From Verrucomicrobiota bacterium (GTDB taxonomy: Bacteria > Verrucomicrobiota > Verrucomicrobiia > Limisphaerales > CANJXF01), in NCBI GenBank assembly GCA_038214755.1, contig JBBQRQ010000009.1, forward strand, positions 1-64,000: DNA of 64,000 nucleotides. Reading direction: 5' to 3'. The notes beneath the pieces were generated by a model, which did not search any database, was not told where the DNA came from, and saw nothing but the letters and a program-made list of their open reading frames with translations. Below are positions 29,410-38,486 of this stretch, one piece after another; position 1 is the first letter of the stretch; each line of letters begins with the position of its first letter. A program made the translations under genes and the position numbers.

Positions 29410-31803
29410 TCAGTTCTTCAACAACCACACTTCGCTGACGCGAGATTGTTGACGCCAGTTGAGGTGTCCTTCATCCGTCAGAGGATCGAAGGTCAAAACC
29501 AATTTGCCATCTTGAGTCAGATTTGCCGGCACGGGAAACTCTTTGATCTCGCCGACCTCTTTGCCTTGGATCGTCGGTGTCAAGAGACTGCCATCGGCGC
29601 GCAGTTTGGCCTGGCCATAACCGGTCAACCGCACTCGATAGGAAGATTGCGGGTCGAGATGATGGTATGCGATGCCGAGCGGCCAATCCATGCTGGTCTG
29701 CCAGGAGAGTCGTTTGCGGCTCGAACCCTCATTCCACCACCAGAAGCCCGGAGTCGGATTCTTGTCCATCGTCGGATCAGTGTTCAACCCTTCTCCGCGG
29801 ATGACGTGAGGCGACTTGGCAATGTTTCCTACCTCGTCATAAAAACTGCCTGAGCCGGGAGTTTCCCAAGTGCGAATTGTCTCAAGCTGTTTCAACTTGT
29901 CGGGTTCTGTTGCGAGTTTGCGAATGCGCGCGAACTCGTCCTCCAGCCACCAACGGTTATTGAGCGGGTGATCAACAAAGTCCAGAACTGCGCCTCGCTC
30001 ATGCCCACTGGCCTGGTAACGTTCGACACTGGTTTGCAGCTTGATGGACTTGAATAGGTCCTCGCATAACTGGACTATCCGCTCTCGCCACTCTTTCTTC
30101 ACGGGTTGCGCAACTGCTCGTTGCAAAACAGCGAGGGCATCGTTCATCGCAGACTCCGAACCTTGTTTCGACGCATTGGCCAAAGCGCTGTTCGCTTCGT
30201 TTTCCAATTTGGATTCATAGAGCAAACGATGTCGCGTGTAGGCATCGTAGTAAGCGCGAAGGAGACAAAGTTGCCAACGCCAGTTGTCGCGCACCGCCGG
30301 AGATTTGCGTTCGAGTTGTTGCCAGTGCGCCAGCGTTCCATCCACGCTGCCATTCGCGGCCAGTGGGCCTTCCCAGTTTTTTTCCAGCGCGAGAATGCCG
30401 TCGGCAGCGGACTCGGCCACAGTCGGTCCGAAGAAGAACCGAGTGTATTGAACGAGGATGTCGCTCGCTTCCAAATCGGGATTCCAACCCAACATGCTCC
30501 ACACGGTTTTGTTCACGTCATCGTGCGCGCCGTCCGAGTAGGAAATCGAACCGGTGGTGTAAGGGCCGAAATAATTTTGAATCAGCTTGTAGAAAACGGG
30601 ACGGGGATTCGAACACTCCCGGCCCAAGGTGAAATTAAAGGCGGCGTCCCACCACACGACCGGAAACTGGCAACGAACCGTATGCGTGATGTCCGGGTAG
30701 TCGCGCAATCCGTACTTTTGTGGCAAGCGCGCTCGCGTCTGCGGAATAGGCGGACTGCTCGGACCGGCCACCAGACCGCCGAGCCAATCCGGCATTTTTT
30801 CGTTAATCCAGGTGTGAACGGTATCCACTTGTGGCTTTTTAAATCCCTGCATCGAGAGCCAGATTTTCGCGCGCGGATGATGCTTCGCCAGCACCTTGGA
30901 CAAGTCTTCGAGAAAAGGAATGACGTGTTCCGGCTCGTTGTTTCCGGGATCGCCTCCGGGAAAAAAAATTCCGTCAAGGCGTTTGCAATCGCGAAAAAAT
31001 CTTTCGTGTTCTTCCAAGGCTTTCGTGCGTTTCGCGCTATCCTTGAGATCGAAATCGGCGGGAGTCCAAATCCAATACTGCATCTCATAGCGCGCGCAAA
31101 TTTCGCTGATCTTCCGGTCCATGACCTCGCGGGGCAACGGCATGTGCGGACTTTTCCTGTCATCCTGAAACGGAATGCTCTCGATGCTGTTCGCGCCAAA
31201 CAAAGCCAACTCGCGGATGTATTGCTCGTATTGCTTGTCGTCCCAAGCATCGTAACTGTTGGCTGCGGCGCGATAACCGAGTTGATGCCCGCGAATAGGA
31301 TGAACCGGAGCAGTGGCAATATCCAGACTGGATGGAACGCTGGCGGAACCTTTGGCCCAATCCAATGATCGCAGAAGTTGACCGACGCCGAAAAGCGTTC
31401 CCCGCGAATCTGCGCCAGTGATCCAGACGATACCCGGCTTCGCCTCGCCGCTTTCCACGAGCAGTCGAAAACCTTCCGGACGATTCTCCGGCAAATCCGT
31501 ACCTTCGCGTCGCGGAATCGTTTTATTCCAGCCCGAGACATCTGGCGTCGATGAGATCGCGATGGCGACCCCACGCTTCGGCCAATTGGTACTGATCGAC
31601 CAGTTCAGTCCCGTCCGTTTCTTCACTTCTTCCACCAAGACGCGGGCGGCGGTCTGCTCGGCGGGAGGAAGATTTCCCGGACGCACGACGACGGTGGCTT
31701 TGCTTAGATCAAGATTTGTTGCGATGCGCGATTCCGCCAGCAAACAGAAACTCGACATCAACATAGTTGCGACGGCCAAGAAGCTGGGTCGAAATGAATG
31801 CAT
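29410..31803 (-). CDS. Secreted glycoside-hydrolase-like protein with a GH20/GH67-type N-terminal domain
   Basis: PEGFRL..ITGADSRGTLFGVGQLLR..P..IRGH motif; signal peptide. Confidence 0.6.
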   Translation of the reverse strand: MHSFRPSFLAVATMLMSSFCLLAESRIATNLDLSKATVVVRPGNLPPAEQTAARVLVEEVKKRTGLNWSISTNWPKRGVAIAISSTPDVSGWNKTIPRREGTDLPENRPEGFRLLVESGEAKPGIVWITGADSRGTLFGVGQLLRSLDWAKGSASVPSSLDIATAPVHPIRGHQLGYRAAANSYDAWDDKQYEQYIRELALFGANSIESIPFQDDRKSPHMPLPREVMDRKISEICARYEMQYWIWTPADFDLKDSAKRTKALEEHERFFRDCKRLDGIFFPGGDPGNNEPEHVIPFLEDLSKVLAKHHPRAKIWLSMQGFKKPQVDTVHTWINEKMPDWLGGLVAGPSSPPIPQTRARLPQKYGLRDYPDITHTVRCQFPVVWWDAAFNFTLGRECSNPRPVFYKLIQNYFGPYTTGSISYSDGAHDDVNKTVWSMLGWNPDLEASDILVQYTRFFFGPTVAESAADGILALEKNWEGPLAANGSVDGTLAHWQQLERKSPAVRDNWRWQLCLLRAYYDAYTRHRLLYESKLENEANSALANASKQGSESAMNDALAVLQRAVAQPVKKEWRERIVQLCEDLFKSIKLQTSVERYQASGHERGAVLDFVDHPLNNRWWLEDEFARIRKLATEPDKLKQLETIRTWETPGSGSFYDEVGNIAKSPHVIRGEGLNTDPTMDKNPTPGFWWWNEGSSRKRLSWQTSMDWPLGIAYHHLDPQSSYRVRLTGYGQAKLRADGSLLTPTIQGKEVGEIKEFPVPANLTQDGKLVLTFDPLTDEGHLNWRQQSRVSEVWLLKN

Positions 31804-31973
31804 GCAATAATCTCCGCAAAACCGGAGAAGGAGCGCAATGGAAAAGAACGAGTCAATATTAAGGCGGGCATACTTTTCAGCCGCGTTATGTCGCACGATC
31901 GAGCGGTGGTGAACCGGGCGACGTTTGACGAGGAATGGGTTTGGGAGGGGGCGAAACAGAAAAGTGCCAAGAG

Positions 31974-32606
31974 TTAAGCGAAACGCCGACGCAGATTCGC
32001 TCCTAACAACAGGACGCTGAAACTTAAAAGAACTAGGGAAGGCGGTTCAGGAACGGCCATTGCATGGATGGCGAATTGAAAGGGGTTCGGACGGTAGCCT
32101 GACCAGCTTGAGCCGTTAGGCGAGCTTAAAAAGCCACCATCCAAAAACCATCCGTTACTCGCACTGTATTGGGATGTATTCTGAATACTCCATTGATACG
32201 CTCCAACCGCAACAGGTGTTCCCGCGGTAATCACAACAAAATAACGAGTTGCTGGCGATAATGACAGGCTCGCGGCGATATAGGTGTAAATGCCTCCGGC
32301 GTCCGGGTTAGCTCCCGCCAAGTTACCTTGGCTGGTCCCCGGCACAACGCCGTTCGCATCGTAAAGATAGGCAGCAAAACCACCAGGCTTCCCTACAGAG
32401 GAAGCCATTAACAGTTGGATTGAACTGAGTTCGTAGCCTCCTACATTCGTCCCAGTGTGAAAGGAAACTGCCCGCCACGAGTCGCTTGCCACTGTGGTTA
32501 CGTCTGCAGACGGCCCAAAATTTGATAAATAAGTCGTTCCTTGAGCTTTTCCAATCAGCGGTGTGAGGAAACCTACCAGCAGAAAAGTAGAAATTGTCTT
32601 TTTCAT
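31974..32606 (-). CDS. PEP-CTERM protein (choice-of-anchor R-like)
   Basis: C-terminal VPEPPSLVLLSFSVLLLGANLRRR; AVSFHTG..YELSSIQL. Confidence 0.88.
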   Translation of the reverse strand: MKKTISTFLLVGFLTPLIGKAQGTTYLSNFGPSADVTTVASDSWRAVSFHTGTNVGGYELSSIQLLMASSVGKPGGFAAYLYDANGVVPGTSQGNLAGANPDAGGIYTYIAASLSLSPATRYFVVITAGTPVAVGAYQWSIQNTSQYSASNGWFLDGGFLSSPNGSSWSGYRPNPFQFAIHAMAVPEPPSLVLLSFSVLLLGANLRRRFA

Positions 32607-32623
32607 AAATTGCTCCGTGAAAC

Positions 32624-35600
32624 TTACTCACAAGATGACCAGGCCTTCAGAAAGAGGGCGGAATCGAGAATTGCATCACCGAAATCTTCAATCGCAATTT
32701 TGATATGGTTCGTAACATTGGCTGAAACCTGAATCTGCGCCGTGAGCAGCACGGTGGTTCCATCATATTGGAGGTTAAAAATCGGGGTTTTAGTGGAGTA
32801 GTTTGGATCTCCATTGTCCACATAGTACTGAGGATTGGCAGGGGGAACATAGACATTCGATATATTAGTACCTCCTCCATTAATTGAATTAACCGTCACC
32901 GCTGTGCTGGTTCCCGGGACCAATGCAATATTATTGGTCGTATTAATAACCCAATTTGTGCCGTTATAGTTCGTGCTGACAAAGATCGCCATAGGGTCGC
33001 TATAGCCATTCGTCGTGTTTATGTATTCGGGATATTCTTCGGAAGCGAAGATATATTTAAACTGGAGCAGAAAGGAATTTGACGAGATAATATCGAACTC
33101 AAGAACTGCCGCATTAGCCACTATGCCGGTCCCTACGAGACTATCAAGGTCGGTGTCGTTTACGGCGTTATTATTGAGGCCTGCGTCGGATTGGTTGTTG
33201 GGGCCAATCGCAAGTGCAATGTCACCCGATGAAAGAATCACTCCGCCCTCGATTGGGAGTCCGACCGCAAAGCCGTTTGTAAATAAACCTAGAGCTACTT
33301 GTGCTCCGATGTTAGTTGCGTTCGTAACTATAACGCCGGGTGGCATCAATAGCTGCGCCAGTTCCGTTGGTGTGGCATTGGTGCTCACCCAGAGACGCTC
33401 TCGGTAATGGAATCCAATATCGACCGCGCTGGAGTCGAGAGTTTGATTTGTAAGCACCGTGAAATTCGAGAGTCGGGCGTCTTCAGTGGTTCTGCTCCCG
33501 GCATCCAGCAAAAGACTCAAGTTGCCATCGCTATCGGGATAATAAAATCGACCCAAGAGGCCGGTTTCATAGGCGGGATTGTCGGCCAAGATTACGTCGT
33601 TGCTCGCGTTCGGGCTCAGCCGAGTCTGGTTGGTGATATAGCCGTTGTAATCGTGAGTAAAGTATTCGCCCGTCCCGCCGCGCGTAATTGTCGTTCTATC
33701 GAATAAATTATCGTAGGCCAAGAGAACTGGACTGTCCGCCTGAGCTTTGTAAAAAAGGGTGCCTCCGTAAAAAAGATTATTGTATAAGTACCATTCTTTA
33801 TCATAACCGTTATCTTCCAAAGAAACATAGACGCGGTGCCATAGGCAATTTGTTAGAGCAAATGACGCCTCGTTTCCTGTGAACTTCCCTCCATAAAACT
33901 GAGAGTGGGTAAACGAAGATAAACCGGTGCTACTGGTTGTATCGTCGAAATGATTACCGGTTCCGCCTGGGAGCGACCAGCCAGTAAAATATGTCCGCAC
34001 GGTCGGCGAACTGGACAACATCTTTACGCTGCTAGCGACGGAACTGAATGACCAGTTCGTTGTGCTCTGCTCTTGGACGGTGTTGTAACGGACTATCCAG
34101 TTGAGTCGTCCGGGATTTCCCTCCGATATTAAACCGCCCGAATTCAGTCCCAGCCCATAAGACGATGAGGAGCCATAGATACCGAGAGCGACCCCACAGG
34201 TTAGTTTTACAGTAGCGGCGACTGTTCGACCGCTAACCACGTAATCCAGCGGGTCGTAGTGGTAGCCACGATCGGGTGTGTCCGTGTCCCTCTGCGCATA
34301 AGGCTGGAGCATCGTATCCACCGAGAAGTTATTCGTATAGACAAATGGCGGATAAGTAGTTTTCTTCTTCAAGTCGGCTGCCAGGCTCGAAGTAATATTC
34401 GTTGTGCCGGTATCACGATTCGTGCTCGAGTCAGCGAGATAATGGCTCCCGGCCCCGACAGTTTGAAAGACACCACTGGCACTGGCATAGGTTACTACCT
34501 GGTTCGTGGAGACAACGTCCAGGCTCCCGAGGCCATTTGTGATCGCAACAAGGAGGCAGTTTGTCAGATAAAGTTCACTGTTGGCGCTTCCAGCGTGGAC
34601 CCAAAACTTATTGCAGGCATCCACGGTCAGGTGTTGGCCGCGAAAGATGTTGTCATACCCGCCGTTGATGACATTGGTGACTAAGTAATAAAGACAATTG
34701 TCCGCATAGATAGTGTTTTCACCGTTGTTTTCCAAATTGAGGGCATACCGGCAATCGATAAACTGCATGTTGCCTAACCGAAATTCGCCGGAGTTGAAGA
34801 GCAGCGTGACCGCACTATTGGCGTGGGAAAAACGAAGATAATTCAATGCGCCACCGCTCGTGCTGAAGTCCAGCCCCTCTCCATATTTTCCGGACGGAGA
34901 ACCGGTGCTGCCTGAAATGGTTTCTCCGACGGTATTATCGTCCTTGGCGGTGAACACGGCCGGGCGATAGGGTTCGGTCTTACAATCAATAGAACCGGTG
35001 ACCGAAATTGCGGGGGCGTTACTGGAAAACTTCACCACTGTCCCGCCCTCAATTACAGTGGCTTGGCTCAAGGTCACACGACCGCTCATATAATAGGTCG
35101 TGTCGCCTTTAAAAGTAAAATTCGTGGCAGACGAAAGAACTGAATAATCCAGAACAAATCCTTTTTCCCTTGGTTTAAGGATTGCCACTTCGATGGAGTT
35201 TTTCTTTTTCGTGTTTGTCGCTGCTCGTTTCGGCAGCAGCCGTTCCAAAGAAACGACATGACGCACACCTTTTGCCGTTGGCTTAATAGCGGCGTGCGCA
35301 GGCAACGGCAACGTTCCAAGATGGTTTTTAATTTTCTGGTAATCCAATTCCTCAATCAGAAAATTCCGCTCGTTCAATTTTACCCATGCTTTATCCACCG
35401 TCACCGGTTCGAGCGCCGTTTCATGGCCGATGAAAAAAGCTTTTCCCACTCCAATCTGCATTGCGCCAAAATCCAAGATTGCGTCGCACTCGCGTTCGCC
35501 GCGAACCTGTTTCTGGATGTGCGGCGCGGGCGGATCATTGAACTCAGTCAACAGTTGCAAACGCGTCGTTTGCGGATTCAAACCGTAATCGGCTGGGGAA

Positions 35601-36148
35601 GAAAATTGCTCCCGAAAGATGACGTCCTGTTCCAAACCGGCTTTCGTGTAGGTGTAGCGCACATCCGCTTTCAGGTCTGTAAACGCGTTGGGATAAATCA
35701 GCACGTTCGGTTCAGTGAGCACGCCAATGGAATCTTTCAATTCCGCGATCAAGACGTTTTGGCCCGTGGCGGCATCAAAATAACTCAACCCCAAAATATG
35801 TGACGTGAGGCGTTTCCCATCTCGCATCACCAAATCCACCGCGCCCGGGGCATTGAGGTTGGCAAGAAAACGGACTTGGTGATTGCCCTTGAGCGTTGCG
35901 GCCCCGGTGGGAGTGATTTCAATGACCGCTTCCGATTCCCGCCATTGGCCATCCTCCAAATAATGCATCCCTGTTTCCAATTCGGTATAGCCAGCCTTGA
36001 TCGGCCTGTCATTGCCATTTATTAACTCTGTCCGCTCCCAAACCCGATGGTTGAATCCTCTCTCTGCGATAGAGAACTCGGCCTGCTGGGCGACAGCCGC
36101 TCCGGTTATCAACAGAGTGAAAACAAAGCAGCAAAGGGAGGGTTTCAT
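32624..36148 (-). CDS. Large secreted protein with C-terminal choice-of-anchor L-like domain
   Basis: Signal peptide from 36148; GVILSSG, AVLEFD, YIFASEEYPEY, HIKIAIEDFGDAILDSALFL. Confidence 0.75.
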   Translation of the reverse strand: MKPSLCCFVFTLLITGAAVAQQAEFSIAERGFNHRVWERTELINGNDRPIKAGYTELETGMHYLEDGQWRESEAVIEITPTGAATLKGNHQVRFLANLNAPGAVDLVMRDGKRLTSHILGLSYFDAATGQNVLIAELKDSIGVLTEPNVLIYPNAFTDLKADVRYTYTKAGLEQDVIFREQFSSPADYGLNPQTTRLQLLTEFNDPPAPHIQKQVRGERECDAILDFGAMQIGVGKAFFIGHETALEPVTVDKAWVKLNERNFLIEELDYQKIKNHLGTLPLPAHAAIKPTAKGVRHVVSLERLLPKRAATNTKKKNSIEVAILKPREKGFVLDYSVLSSATNFTFKGDTTYYMSGRVTLSQATVIEGGTVVKFSSNAPAISVTGSIDCKTEPYRPAVFTAKDDNTVGETISGSTGSPSGKYGEGLDFSTSGGALNYLRFSHANSAVTLLFNSGEFRLGNMQFIDCRYALNLENNGENTIYADNCLYYLVTNVINGGYDNIFRGQHLTVDACNKFWVHAGSANSELYLTNCLLVAITNGLGSLDVVSTNQVVTYASASGVFQTVGAGSHYLADSSTNRDTGTTNITSSLAADLKKKTTYPPFVYTNNFSVDTMLQPYAQRDTDTPDRGYHYDPLDYVVSGRTVAATVKLTCGVALGIYGSSSSYGLGLNSGGLISEGNPGRLNWIVRYNTVQEQSTTNWSFSSVASSVKMLSSSPTVRTYFTGWSLPGGTGNHFDDTTSSTGLSSFTHSQFYGGKFTGNEASFALTNCLWHRVYVSLEDNGYDKEWYLYNNLFYGGTLFYKAQADSPVLLAYDNLFDRTTITRGGTGEYFTHDYNGYITNQTRLSPNASNDVILADNPAYETGLLGRFYYPDSDGNLSLLLDAGSRTTEDARLSNFTVLTNQTLDSSAVDIGFHYRERLWVSTNATPTELAQLLMPPGVIVTNATNIGAQVALGLFTNGFAVGLPIEGGVILSSGDIALAIGPNNQSDAGLNNNAVNDTDLDSLVGTGIVANAAVLEFDIISSNSFLLQFKYIFASEEYPEYINTTNGYSDPMAIFVSTNYNGTNWVINTTNNIALVPGTSTAVTVNSINGGGTNISNVYVPPANPQYYVDNGDPNYSTKTPIFNLQYDGTTVLLTAQIQVSANVTNHIKIAIEDFGDAILDSALFLKAWSSCE

Positions 36149-36293
36149 AGTTTTGGACGAAAGGCACCGCGGACATCGGAATGTTATGGGAGACAGGCCA
36201 AGCCTAGACCTTATCGGCGGGATGTCAATGCAAGGATCAAATTGATTTTTTAATAGCGAAGGCGAGATCAAACCGGGCAGTGTTGGAAGCGGA

Positions 36294-37091
36294 ATGATTC
36301 AACCACCGTTTCAAAACAGACTACTTGCTTTGGTGGTGAGCGGCTTATTGCTGGCCACCACTGTAGAAGCGCAAACTTCAACGAACCGTTTTGCTTTTGA
36401 AGAGTTTTTGCTGGTGCCGGTGCGTGTTCATTTGCTCGCGGCCAAAGATTCGCCGGCCATTCAGACAACGCTCACGGAAACGGACATCACTCGCATTTGG
36501 AAAAAAGTAAACGGCGTGTGGTCGCAGGCTGGCTTGCATTTTTATATCGAATCGCTGGTGAAGGAGGAAGCAGACCATCAGAAAACCGACCCGCAGCCTG
36601 GCCCTCAAGTTGATGGCAAAGCGTTGCTCGGATTGCGACTTGGGCAATCTCAGGCCGACAAGATGTTTCACGTTTATTATGTGAAGGAGATGTCGGTGAA
36701 CGGCATTTATTTTCCTCAAGCCATTTTTGTGAAGGACACTGCTTCGCTTCGTCAGGTCGAGGGCGGAATCGACGAACCGATACCGCGCGTAACCTCGCAC
36801 GAGCTAGGCCACGCCTTCACGCTTCCGCACCGCCAACATACTACGAACCTCATGGCGTCCGGAACCACTGGCACTCGTCTCAATGAAGAAGAAATCTCTC
36901 AGGCGCGCAACGCAGCCAAGTCGTTGAAATGGATTGTGGCCGCACCGGACATGATGAAGCAGGCCGATGCACAGTTCCGCGCCAAAAAAATGGACGAAGC
37001 GGCAACATTGTATTCAAGGCTGGCGACGATTCCATTGAACACTGACCCGGTAGAATTGGCCAGGAAGCGAGCGGGAAATCCCATTCAGTGA
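36294..37091 (+). CDS. Secreted metzincin-type zinc metalloprotease
   Basis: HELGHAFTLPH followed by Met-turn NLMAS. Confidence 0.75.
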   Translation: MIQPPFQNRLLALVVSGLLLATTVEAQTSTNRFAFEEFLLVPVRVHLLAAKDSPAIQTTLTETDITRIWKKVNGVWSQAGLHFYIESLVKEEADHQKTDPQPGPQVDGKALLGLRLGQSQADKMFHVYYVKEMSVNGIYFPQAIFVKDTASLRQVEGGIDEPIPRVTSHELGHAFTLPHRQHTTNLMASGTTGTRLNEEEISQARNAAKSLKWIVAAPDMMKQADAQFRAKKMDEAATLYSRLATIPLNTDPVELARKRAGNPIQ

Positions 37092-37157
37092 GCCTGGGAA
37101 TCCAGGGTTGAGGATCAACCGGTATGATTTAAACTGGCGGTCACAACCGTTGCCTGG

Positions 37158-37264
37158 AAAGCGGCGGAGGGCCGCCGCACTCCAAGATGCTCGCGCGAAT
37201 TTCAAGGTCAAGGGTGCATGAACGGCGCGAAGCGTCTTGGAGTGCGCCCGTCCTCTGGCGCTTT
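37158..37264. repeat. REP-like inverted repeat between convergent genes
   Basis: aaagcggcggagggccgccgcactccaaga ... tcttggagtgcgcccgtcctctggcgcttt. Confidence 0.75.
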
Positions 37265-37326
37265 TGTTTGACCGCCAGTTTAAATTCCACCCAGGTTCAA
37301 CTGCACTTGTGCTGTAGCACCTTCAA

Positions 37327-38313
37327 TCACGGTTCAAGCGGCTCGGCTTTTTTGCGGCGTTCTTTTAACTCTTTCCACGTGGTCAAAATGATTCCCCGTT
37401 CCTGAATCAGTTTCTTCACCGCTGGATCGGTCAACGCTTTCGCATCGGCCCGGCGGGATTCGCTTGAGTTGGTAATGAGCGGAAAATCTTCCGTTGGAAT
37501 GGAGGCGTGAAAAAGAATTTCCGTTACGCCCGGTTTTAATTCTTTAAGCAAGGCGATGAACTTTTTCGTTTTCTCCTCTGGCTTCCAACCGTAGGAAGCC
37601 GTGTGGAGATCGTCGATGACCGGCAGACCCGCGTTCCAAATTTTAGGAATCCAAGGGCGCAGTTTGCCGGCTGCTTCGGGATTTTCTTTCAATGCGTAAG
37701 TGGCATGACCGCCAATAGCGAGAATTGGAATTCCTTTCTCTATCCCGACTTTGGCGAACCGCTCGAAATAATCGGGCCGGGCAAAAAGCGTTCCCATGTG
37801 TGAATCCAGATGGGTGATGGGCAGGCCGAGAATTTCGGCTCGCTCAACCTGTGCGCGGATTTCCACTTCGATTTCATCGGGCGTGGCGTGGGTGGCGACT
37901 TTCACCACGCTTTGCCAGAGACAACCTTCTTCGTCCACCAGGCCGGGGACTTTCGGTTTGCCAGCCAGCGGCGGCCAGCGATAGAGGCTCCATTCCGACG
38001 TCAGCGTCAGATGCAGGCCGCTGTCCACCTCTGGATGTTGCTTCAAATATTTGGCGATCTCCGGCACCCACGGGCACGGCATCATGACACTCCAGGAAGT
38101 CGCCACCCCTTTTTCCACCGTGTCGATGGCGCCCAGATTGGAGGAATGAGACATGCCGACGTCGTCCACGTGAAGGATGATGACCACGTCATTTGGTTTC
38201 CAACCCAGACGCTCGGCGAAAGTTTTTTCCGCGTGAGAATTGTTTGGCAGGAGCATAAGGGCTGTCGCGAAAATTAAAGCGGGTAAGCACGTTTTGGTTG
38301 AAGGGAAATGCAT
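37327..38313 (-). CDS. YdjC/ChbG family carbohydrate deacetylase, secreted
   Basis: ILHVDDVG, GLHLTL, THLDSHMG, GVTEILFH. Confidence 0.88.
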   Translation of the reverse strand: MHFPSTKTCLPALIFATALMLLPNNSHAEKTFAERLGWKPNDVVIILHVDDVGMSHSSNLGAIDTVEKGVATSWSVMMPCPWVPEIAKYLKQHPEVDSGLHLTLTSEWSLYRWPPLAGKPKVPGLVDEEGCLWQSVVKVATHATPDEIEVEIRAQVERAEILGLPITHLDSHMGTLFARPDYFERFAKVGIEKGIPILAIGGHATYALKENPEAAGKLRPWIPKIWNAGLPVIDDLHTASYGWKPEEKTKKFIALLKELKPGVTEILFHASIPTEDFPLITNSSESRRADAKALTDPAVKKLIQERGIILTTWKELKERRKKAEPLEP

Positions 38314-38486
38314 GACTGACTATTCACAAAATCGATGGGCACGAAAGGAAAAAGAAATTCTGTTAAGCGGTGATTCTGGATTTTAGCTGTTGTCAGCCAC
38401 GGTGAGTCCTAAAAAAAGCAGTTGCGTTTTTTTTTAAGATTGGTCAAAGTCGGCTAACGTTTCACCAATCCACTAACAGCATCACT

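Noticed and set aside
30106..31574. Long alternative ORFs of 420 and 330 aa
   Set aside because: Shadow frames of the 29410-31803 gene with no recognisable motifs
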